13,732 nucleotides of DNA. Source: an uncultured archaeon (lineage in GTDB: Archaea; Asgardarchaeota; Heimdallarchaeia; Heimdallarchaeales; Kariarchaeaceae). Positions 6,953-13,732 of the stretch are shown piece after piece (position 1 is the first letter of the stretch; every line of letters starts with the position of its first letter). The DNA is taken from NCBI GenBank assembly GCA_964645535.1, contig CAZYCQ010000072.1, positions 1 through 13,732 of the forward strand, in the 5' to 3' direction. The notes under the pieces were generated by a model. That model ran no database searches and was not told where the DNA came from. It worked only from the letters and a program-made list of their open reading frames with translations. The position numbers were made by a program, and so were the translations under genes.

Positions 6953-8685
6953 GAAATAGATCTATTCAAGTATTGAGTCATTTGAATTGTTTTCCATCCA
7001 TTTTCTGTAGGGACAAGTTTTTCCGTTTTCGGTGAAAAAGGAACAATCAACGGATCAGTAATCAATTTTGCATTTCCATCAATTTTCCGTATCTCATTGA
7101 TTATGTCCCTTCTGTGATTGTTGGGTAAGAAAAGATTTGCGACTCCAATTTTCACTTTGGCTTTTCGTGGATTGTCAAGAATTTCTTTCGCCTCTTCTGC
7201 TGAAGTTTTGAATGGAATGGTACCTATGAGGTTAACAAGAGCCACAGGGACTCTTGAAGCAACATATTTGATGAATTGGTGATACTTGTGTGAGGTTCCG
7301 TCAATCAGTACCAGATAAGGAGACATTTCTTTGGGGGCGAAAACCCACCTTCTTTCAAGGATCTTGTTTACCTTCAGTTCCCGTTTCAGATTTGAAAGTG
7401 TTGCTGGTTTTACATCGTATTTTGCCCTGATTTCGGTATCCGGTTTCTTGGTGAATAAATCCAATACGATCTGTTTCTTTTTGATGTCCAGATTGATTGA
7501 TAAATCCTGTTGGACTGCAAATCCATCTGAAGCGGAAGGTTTTGTCAGACTCCATTCTCCGGTTTCCAGGTTCAGGCCTTCAACGGAAAGAAACTGTCTT
7601 CTTTTTTCCGGGATCTCCACGCCGAAAACAATTTCGGGATCCTTGGGATTCGAAGAAAACCATTTCTGGATTTTCATCCATTCAATGATATACTTCTTGG
7701 TTCCCGCATTCCGAGGAAGGAGAAACTTGGATTGCAGTACGGTTCCCCATCCCCTGAATTCAGTGAAACGATAAATAATTGGGAATTCCTTGATAATGTC
7801 CTTCCAAGAAACGATTGTTTTCTCATTGGATGATGAGACAATAAGGTTGAGGACAAAAAGCCCTAAAGGTTCAAAGTTGGCGTAGTTTCTTTCCTGAAGC
7901 AAATAAGACTTGATGAGCAGATTCAACCTTTTCTGAAAGGTTTTCTTGCTCATTCCCATCATCTCGGCAAGCTTTTGAAGTGACAGATCCTGATGGAGTA
8001 CTCGTAACTTTAGAACTTGCAGGAAATCCCTACTCAAGGCAGGATAGGAAATCATGCTGATATAGGGCAGTCGTTCCAGTTCCCAAGTTGAAAGGGTTTT
8101 TCCTTTTAGACTCAGAATTCTTTCGACATAGGTTTCCAAAATCAACCTCTGTTCAATGGCTTGGGTCAGTTGCTCCAAATAGGTGGGATAGTCATAGTAG
8201 ATGCCTGGATAATCCTTACTCTCTCTTACCGGCAATACATCTTTCCAGAATTTTCGGAGTTGGGTTCGTTTTCCTTTCAGGACTATCCAGAGTATTCCAA
8301 ATGTAAAATCCACAAAAGGTATTATGACATTTCCGCTTAAACAGCCTTCAACTTGATTGCAGACAATATAATAGACAAAAATGAAGGGAACAAATATGGT
8401 GTTCAGTATTTGATCCCTGAAAATATGGATTTCAACAACCAATTCAACATTGTCTTTCTTCTTTTTCAATGAAAACTCAAGGAAAACTTTTTTCAGGATC
8501 TGGGTTTCCTTTGATGCTCCTTTAATGGAAACAATTCCAATGGCTGGCATGCAATCACCAAAGGCGTCATTCCATTTTTCAATTGCTTCATTAAGGATTT
8601 CCTGCAATTCTTCCTTGCTTTTCGGTTGGCGCTGAAAAAGATCTACCACAAGGTGTTGAAAATGATCACCTTTGGAAATTTCCAT
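6949..8685 (-). CDS. Tandem Lrp/AsnC-type wHTH regulator with an extra ~210-aa N-terminal domain
   Basis: HTH LSRDFLQVLKLRVLHQDLSLQKLAEMMGMSKKTFQKRLNLL followed by NFEPLGL linker and FPIIYR; LNLETGEW motif; second degenerate HTH LDIKKKQIVLDLF...DTEIRAKYDVKPATLSNLKREL. Same architecture as the 1..1086 protein. Confidence 0.82.
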   Translation of the reverse strand: MEISKGDHFQHLVVDLFQRQPKSKEELQEILNEAIEKWNDAFGDCMPAIGIVSIKGASKETQILKKVFLEFSLKKKKDNVELVVEIHIFRDQILNTIFVPFIFVYYIVCNQVEGCLSGNVIIPFVDFTFGILWIVLKGKRTQLRKFWKDVLPVRESKDYPGIYYDYPTYLEQLTQAIEQRLILETYVERILSLKGKTLSTWELERLPYISMISYPALSRDFLQVLKLRVLHQDLSLQKLAEMMGMSKKTFQKRLNLLIKSYLLQERNYANFEPLGLFVLNLIVSSSNEKTIVSWKDIIKEFPIIYRFTEFRGWGTVLQSKFLLPRNAGTKKYIIEWMKIQKWFSSNPKDPEIVFGVEIPEKRRQFLSVEGLNLETGEWSLTKPSASDGFAVQQDLSINLDIKKKQIVLDLFTKKPDTEIRAKYDVKPATLSNLKRELKVNKILERRWVFAPKEMSPYLVLIDGTSHKYHQFIKYVASRVPVALVNLIGTIPFKTSAEEAKEILDNPRKAKVKIGVANLFLPNNHRRDIINEIRKIDGNAKLITDPLIVPFSPKTEKLVPTENGWKTIQMTQYLNRSIS

Positions 8686-8695
8686 ATATATGCAA

Positions 8696-8754
8696 AAGAA
8701 AAATGGGGTAATAAACTAATTGAGAATTCCCTATTTTTTCTACCCATTTTTCTT
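8696..8754. promoter_or_regulatory. 12-bp perfect inverted repeat bracketing the promoter of the 578-aa regulator
   Basis: AAGAAAAATGGG (8696-8707) / CCCATTTTTCTT (8743-8754), with a related copy CCCTATTTTTTC (8729-8740); minus-strand TTTATTA at 8709-8715. Confidence 0.5.
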
Positions 8755-8839
8755 GTGATTTTCATATTGTTGCTCTACGTGGTCTCTATATTTCAAATAG
8801 GTATCATAATGTTCAGAAATAGGTTGACCCCATGGTTTT

Positions 8840-8990
8840 ACTTCTATCCCGCCAATACTACAGTTGAGGTTGAATGACCTCAACCCACCACGCCATTGGC
8901 ATGTGTGGAATGTGACCTCAGGGGCAGAATAGGATTATCCTGTTCCCCCCGAACCTCCAATCGGTCGCAGAATGGGGGGTGGGGGGGAGT
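8840..8990 (+). ncRNA. Putative multi-hairpin structured RNA of unknown family (strand tentative)
   Basis: Hairpin GTTGAGGT/ACCTCAAC (8863-8870/8877-8884); hairpin CCAC..GCC-ATT-GGC..GTGG (8885-8908); stem TGTGACC/GGTCGCA (8911-8917/8963-8969) enclosing GGGG..GAATAGGA-TTA-TCCTGTTC-CCCC (8921-8949); 5' ACTTCT.ATCCC can pair with the 3' G-rich tail. Confidence 0.55.
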
Positions 8991-9093
8991 CCTCTTTACA
9001 ATCAGTTGGCAATATCATTCTGTATTTTTTTAAGTAAACTTTGTCGTTTGTTTTGCCGAAAAACGATTAAACCATGAACATGATAAGGAAATA

Positions 9094-9726
9094 ATGATTG
9101 AAATCATCACCAAAGGAAATTTCTCACTTTGTCGAGGAGAGATTGGTGTCGATGATTTTTCCCCGTATCTGGAGAGTCTTCCGAAAATTGATTTTGTTTA
9201 TTGTGGTTTGCCCAAGCCAGAATATTACAGGTATTGGTATTCGACCATGAAAACCAAACCACAAATGAATTATGAAGACTATCTGTTAGTTGTTGGGGAC
9301 ATTCTTGTACAATTGGATGCAGCAGAATATCACCTTGAAGTGAATGACGGGAACAAGGATTTGGTTCTGAAAATCTTCGGAAATATGGATTTGAACTTCA
9401 AAAGCATGCCAATTCTGTATTCTGCCCCGATTGATGCAACTTCCGAAAGATATGCTAGAAAAAGAAAACCCGATGAGATGCTTGTAATTTCGAAAAAAAC
9501 TCTGCAATTGCCCACATCCGCAAAATATTCGCATGAATATCTTGATCAAGTTCTGGCAAGACCTCAAAAGTTGACATGCTTTGATCCTGCAATGGGCAAG
9601 GGACTTCTCGTGAAATTTTGTCTGAAATATGGTCATTCAGCCCATGGAATCGACATGAATTGGAATAGGTTGAAGGTTGCACTTGAAATGATTGAAACAA
9701 GCATCAGTTCTGACAAACCAATCTGA
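9094..9726 (+). CDS. Small beta-class N6A/N4C methyltransferase-like protein with degenerate catalytic motif
   Basis: C-terminal SAM-binding motif CFDPAMGKG...AHGIDMN; N-terminal SLCRGE...IDFVYCGLPK at the position of the usual D-x-(V/I)-Y-x-DPP(Y/W). Confidence 0.75.
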   Translation: MIEIITKGNFSLCRGEIGVDDFSPYLESLPKIDFVYCGLPKPEYYRYWYSTMKTKPQMNYEDYLLVVGDILVQLDAAEYHLEVNDGNKDLVLKIFGNMDLNFKSMPILYSAPIDATSERYARKRKPDEMLVISKKTLQLPTSAKYSHEYLDQVLARPQKLTCFDPAMGKGLLVKFCLKYGHSAHGIDMNWNRLKVALEMIETSISSDKPI

Positions 9727-9761
9727 CCTCAGAATTTGCCAACAATTGGTCAATGACCATT

Positions 9762-10016
9762 TCAGGAAGAGGTAGCCATTCGTTCAATGATTCGTTGAAA
9801 AAACCTGCGCAATGTAGGAAGGAACAAAGCCACAGTCGCAAAAATCTTGGACAAAGTTACAATAATGGGCCCCGTCACTTGCAGAACCAAATTTTCTAAA
9901 TGCAGTCCAAAGAGGAAAACAGCGGTTCCCACTGCGTAGAAGACCACGGAAATGAGGAGCTTCTTGCGATGCAGGGAAAAATAATGAATGATGTTTGTGA
10001 ACATGCTTTTTTTCAC
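9762..10016 (-). CDS. Small two-TM membrane protein
   Basis: Two hydrophobic segments (LLISVVFYAVGTAVFLFGL; VLQVTGPIIVTLSKIFATVALFL) with basic flanks; TTTAAATA about 30 nt upstream on the minus strand. Confidence 0.6.
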   Translation of the reverse strand: MKKSMFTNIIHYFSLHRKKLLISVVFYAVGTAVFLFGLHLENLVLQVTGPIIVTLSKIFATVALFLPTLRRFFQRIIERMATSS

Positions 10017-10170
10017 ACTTAAATTATGACAGGGAACTATTTAAACACTACATTACGTCCGGTACATTTGTTGTAAACAATTTGCACAAGAAAACTTCTG
10101 TAAAGACATTAGGTACCTGTCATAGGATGTTAACCATTCAAATCAATTTTACCAGTAAATTCAATTTAAC

Positions 10171-10182
10171 TCGGTTAACCGA
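10171..10182. promoter_or_regulatory. Perfect 12-bp palindrome upstream of the ABC exporter operon
   Basis: TCGGTTAACCGA is its own reverse complement; related GTTAACC at 10129-10135. Confidence 0.55.
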
Positions 10183-10233
10183 TAGCTCAAAGCTTTTAAC
10201 CTTCTGAATCATGATGACAACATTGGTGATAGC

Positions 10234-11994
10234 TTGTATAGGAACGGTACTTTTCTTTTCCTGTCATTTTTCAGACGACAACCTCTTCGATTGGCTTTGT
10301 CCGTTTTTTTGATGGTTCTGTCAGCCGTGGCCTCGATGGTTCCTGCATTGCTTGTCGGAATGGCCATTGATTTTCTCGAGACCGATGGATTTGGAACAAA
10401 CTTCATCCTGACGGGACTTGGGGTTCTGCTTTCAGGTGTGATTTTTTACATCATTTCATTTGTGGGAATGTTTACCTTTGTGACTCTTTCGTTCAGTTTT
10501 GAAAGGGATATCCGGCAAGAATATTTTGATACCATTCAGTCACACAGTTTGACTTTTCATGACGAGCATAATTCTTCCCATCTTCTTTCAATGGGGATGA
10601 CAGAAATTTCGCAGATGCGGCAGGGCATTGTTCCTGCATTGCGTATGATCATGCAGAACTTTTTTTCGGTTCTGTTCATTTTGGGAAGTATATATTTCAT
10701 TGCAGGCATTCAAATGGTTTTGATTGCATTGGCGGGCTTCATTGTCTACTATATTCTGGCAGTGTATCAGGCGAGAAGAATAACGCCTGTGAGGATGAAG
10801 CTTGCAGACACCGCGGGTCAACTGACTGAACAGTCTCAGGAGATTTTCAGGGGGATTGACGTGGTTCGTTCATTCAAGGGAACGGTTAGGGAGATCCTCA
10901 GATTCAGAAAGGCAAGCAAGCAATATGCGGATTTGGGTGTCAAGGAAGGAAGAATGGCGGCATTCTATTGGCCTGATCTCATTCTTCTTATGCTGACTGC
11001 GGGATTGTTTGGAATGTCGGTCAGTCAGGTCACTCAGGGAACCATGAGTGTCGGGGAGCTGGTTCAGATAATGGGTCTGTTGCTGACCCTCCAATTGTCC
11101 TCAATGATGATGCCTCAGATGCTATTGTTCCTGAATGCGGCAATCACCAACGCCAACAGGGTGTGGGAGAAGATGAACTGGAAAGACCCTCAACCTGACA
11201 AGGTGATCGACAATCCACCTGAGGTGAATTGGAAAGGGGATCTGCGTTTTGAAAACGTGACCTTCTCCTATGTCAATGGCGGGCGTCCCGCCCTGAAAAA
11301 TATCAACATCACCATCCCCTCAAAATCTAAGGTTGCTTTGATTGGCGGTCCTGGAAGTGGAAAGTCCACTTTTCTGAAATTGCTTCTGAAATTGTATGTG
11401 CCACAGGAAGGGAGGATTACCATTGATGGGATCGATTATGAGGACATTCCGCACCAAGAGGTCAGAAAACATGTGAGCCGTGTAGAACAGGAGGTCTTTC
11501 TCTTCTCTGGAACCATCCGGGACAACATTGCCTTTGCCCGTCCTGATGCAACGGAAGAGGAAATCATCCGTGCTGCGGAGGCCGCTCAGGCAATGGAATT
11601 TATTTCCGAGCTTCCTGATGGATTGAATACCATGATCGGAGAACGTGGAGTCGATCTGTCAGGTGGACAAAGGCAAAGGCTAGCCATAGCCCGTGCCATA
11701 TTGGCTAATCCTGACATACTTCTTTTGGATGATAGTGCCTCTGCCTTGGACAGCAAGACTGAAGAACTTCTCCGGAAGGCATTGGACAACCTGAGCGCCA
11801 ATCGGTTGACGATTTCCGTGACACAACGATTGAACACACTGATCCGTGCAGATCTTGTGATTCTTCTGAAGAAAGGAGAAATTTTGGACGCAGGAACCCA
11901 CAAGGAACTTCTTTCCCGATGCAAGGAGTACCAGAAGATCTTTGAACTTCTGCCGGAATCCGAAAAGGTTATTGTACAGGGAGGTCTGAACTGA
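10234..11994 (+). CDS. Heterodimeric ABC exporter subunit (TMD+NBD) carrying the degenerate catalytic residues (TM287-like)
   Basis: Six-TM domain; Walker A GGPGSGKS; Q-loop VEQE; signature LSGGQ; Walker B LLLDD (Asp for catalytic Glu); switch TQR (Gln for His). TTG start; the frame is open upstream to an alternative CTG at 10204. Confidence 0.95.
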   Translation: MYRNGTFLFLSFFRRQPLRLALSVFLMVLSAVASMVPALLVGMAIDFLETDGFGTNFILTGLGVLLSGVIFYIISFVGMFTFVTLSFSFERDIRQEYFDTIQSHSLTFHDEHNSSHLLSMGMTEISQMRQGIVPALRMIMQNFFSVLFILGSIYFIAGIQMVLIALAGFIVYYILAVYQARRITPVRMKLADTAGQLTEQSQEIFRGIDVVRSFKGTVREILRFRKASKQYADLGVKEGRMAAFYWPDLILLMLTAGLFGMSVSQVTQGTMSVGELVQIMGLLLTLQLSSMMMPQMLLFLNAAITNANRVWEKMNWKDPQPDKVIDNPPEVNWKGDLRFENVTFSYVNGGRPALKNINITIPSKSKVALIGGPGSGKSTFLKLLLKLYVPQEGRITIDGIDYEDIPHQEVRKHVSRVEQEVFLFSGTIRDNIAFARPDATEEEIIRAAEAAQAMEFISELPDGLNTMIGERGVDLSGGQRQRLAIARAILANPDILLLDDSASALDSKTEELLRKALDNLSANRLTISVTQRLNTLIRADLVILLKKGEILDAGTHKELLSRCKEYQKIFELLPESEKVIVQGGLN

Positions 11995-13732
11995 TGTCAA
12001 GACATAGAGGTGCCATGTTTGCGGATCGAACCCGAACACGGAGTTCGAAAGTTTTACTTGGAATTCTTTGGAGATACCTTTCTCCCTTCAAACAGATCAT
12101 TTTCACGGTTGCCCTTTTGACCTTGGTTTATACGGCTGCGGTCACTTATCAACCGATTCTGGTTCAAAATGCCATTGATCAGCTTCTAGGAGGAAGTTCA
12201 TTTGATTCCCTTATCCTGCTTCTTGTGCTTTATGCCTCACTTTCCCTGTTTTCATGGTTGTCCAATTCCCTGATCACATGGTTGATGGCGAGAGTCCAGA
12301 ATGATCTTATCCATGTTCTTAGGTCAGATACTTTCGAAAAAATGGTTGAGGCAGACATGGCCTACCATGCGCAGGTTCAATCCGGCAATGTTACCTCACG
12401 AGTCATCAATGATACTCAGGAAATTACGGCGGGTTTGAGCGTATTCACCACAAGCCTTACCAATTTGCTGGTTGCATTTGCCACCCTTGGAGTCCTGTTC
12501 TCAATATCGATCTGGTTTGGGTTGATAGCCCTTTTGGCTCTTCCGACTGCGGGGATCATCACCAAGGTAATCTCAAGCAAGGGTAGGGAGAGGATGCTGA
12601 AAGTCAGATCTTCTATGGGACGTGTGAGTGGCAAATTGGCGGAAAATCTGGCTGGTGTGGCAATTGCGAAGTCATTCAATCAGGAAGAAAGAACTTCTGC
12701 CGAGATCAGAAAATTGAATGATGAGACCTTTGAATATTTTAAACAGTTGGGCGCAATGTTCACCATGATCTTCCCTTCCATTACCTTGGTCAGCATGGTC
12801 ATGATCTCAATGATACTCTTTGTCGGGGGTTATATGAACGAGATTGGACTGATGACCTCTGGAGCGATTTATCTAGGGACTGTAATGGTGAGACGTTTTC
12901 TCAGTCCCATTCTTGCTCTTTCAAACAATATCACAAATCTTCAGGCCTCCCTTGCAGCTCTTGACAGGGTAGTTGATGTCCTTCAAACCAAACCTGCCGT
13001 TACAAATGCACCAAATGCGGAACAGTTGATTGTCACTGACGGAGAAATTGAATTGAAAGGGGTCTGGTTCAAATACAAAATAAATGAAACCGCGCGAAAG
13101 AGTCGGAGAAGGGATGATGCTGTATTGGCACATTCCAATGGCAATGTTAACGAAAGCAGAGGAAGAGGTGAAGAATGGGTTCTCAAAAATGTCAGCTTTA
13201 AGATTCCCGGCAAGAAAAAAACTGCCTTGATTGGTCATACAGGTGCTGGAAAGACCACAGTCACAAAACTGGTTCTCCGGTTCTATGATCCCGATAAAGG
13301 TTCCATTGTGATTGACGGACAGGACATTCGGGGAGTTACTCTGGAATCACTCTACGATTCGATCAGCCTAGTGACTCAAGAACCATACCTATTTGCTGGA
13401 ACCATCTTGCAGAACATCAAATATGGAAAACCGGATGCATCTGATGAGGAAGTATTTGAACTTTGCAGGAGAATAGGGGCTGATGAATTCATCGAAGCCC
13501 TTCCTGATGGATATGATACCGAAATTTCCGAGTCAGGGAAATCATTGTCGGCAGGACAGCGCCAAATGATTACCATTGCCCGAACCATGTTACAAAATCC
13601 CAAAATCCTGATCTTGGATGAAGCAACAAGTCGTTTGGATGCCTATACTGAAAGTCTGGTTCAAGAAGCCCAAAACATGCTTTTTGAAGGGAGAACCACC
13701 CTTGTGATAGCCCATCGGTTATCCACAATTAG
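11994..13732 (+). CDS. Heterodimeric ABC exporter subunit (TMD+NBD) with consensus catalytic residues (TM288-like), 3'-partial
   Basis: ATG overlaps the upstream stop (TGATG); MSRHRGAMFADRTRTRSSKVLLGILWRYLSPF...; Walker A GHTGAGKTT; signature LSAGQ; Walker B LILDE; switch IAHR; runs off the window end, so absent from the ORF track. Confidence 0.95.
   Translation, partial: MSRHRGAMFADRTRTRSSKVLLGILWRYLSPFKQIIFTVALLTLVYTAAVTYQPILVQNAIDQLLGGSSFDSLILLLVLYASLSLFSWLSNSLITWLMARVQNDLIHVLRSDTFEKMVEADMAYHAQVQSGNVTSRVINDTQEITAGLSVFTTSLTNLLVAFATLGVLFSISIWFGLIALLALPTAGIITKVISSKGRERMLKVRSSMGRVSGKLAENLAGVAIAKSFNQEERTSAEIRKLNDETFEYFKQLGAMFTMIFPSITLVSMVMISMILFVGGYMNEIGLMTSGAIYLGTVMVRRFLSPILALSNNITNLQASLAALDRVVDVLQTKPAVTNAPNAEQLIVTDGEIELKGVWFKYKINETARKSRRRDDAVLAHSNGNVNESRGRGEEWVLKNVSFKIPGKKKTALIGHTGAGKTTVTKLVLRFYDPDKGSIVIDGQDIRGVTLESLYDSISLVTQEPYLFAGTILQNIKYGKPDASDEEVFELCRRIGADEFIEALPDGYDTEISESGKSLSAGQRQMITIARTMLQNPKILILDEATSRLDAYTESLVQEAQNMLFEGRTTLVIAHRLSTI

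Noticed and set aside
8626-8877. 83-aa hydrophobic + strand ORF
   Set aside because: Overlaps the start and promoter of the 578-aa gene; hydrophobicity explained by T-rich intergenic DNA. Not fully excluded.
8954-8990. G-string as an archaeal origin recognition box
   Set aside because: Lacks the TCCAnnnGAAAC core and there is no orc1/cdc6 gene in the window.
10209-13603. Multiple minus-strand ORFs within the ABC genes
   Set aside because: Antisense shadows of well-supported CDSs.
10234-13732. Degenerate Walker B and switch residues as a novelty
   Set aside because: Standard asymmetry of heterodimeric ABC exporters such as TM287/288.

Overview
Archaeal chromosomal window. TATA/BRE-type promoters, tandem Lrp/AsnC regulators and a 7TM-longin/roadblock fusion suggest an Asgard archaeon (inference, not a database result). 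Left to right: a partial tandem-Lrp regulator (-, missing from the ORF track) downstream of a 153-aa secreted protein; a divergent S8 subtilisin with no propeptide; an alpha/beta hydrolase; a frameshifted 7TM + longin/roadblock protein; a ~113-nt structured element ahead of a 472-aa wHTH protein; an unannotated 43-aa peptide gene converging on a second (578-aa) tandem-Lrp regulator; a ~150-nt multi-hairpin element ahead of a beta-class methyltransferase-like gene with a degenerate catalytic motif; a small membrane protein; and a heterodimeric ABC exporter (second half partial). Best candidates for new biology: (i) exported DPxGG-tailed polypeptides paired with tandem-Lrp regulators, a possible peptide signalling system, and (ii) two unexplained structured RNA-like elements next to uncharacterised nucleic-acid-binding proteins. 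All structures were found by eye, not computed.
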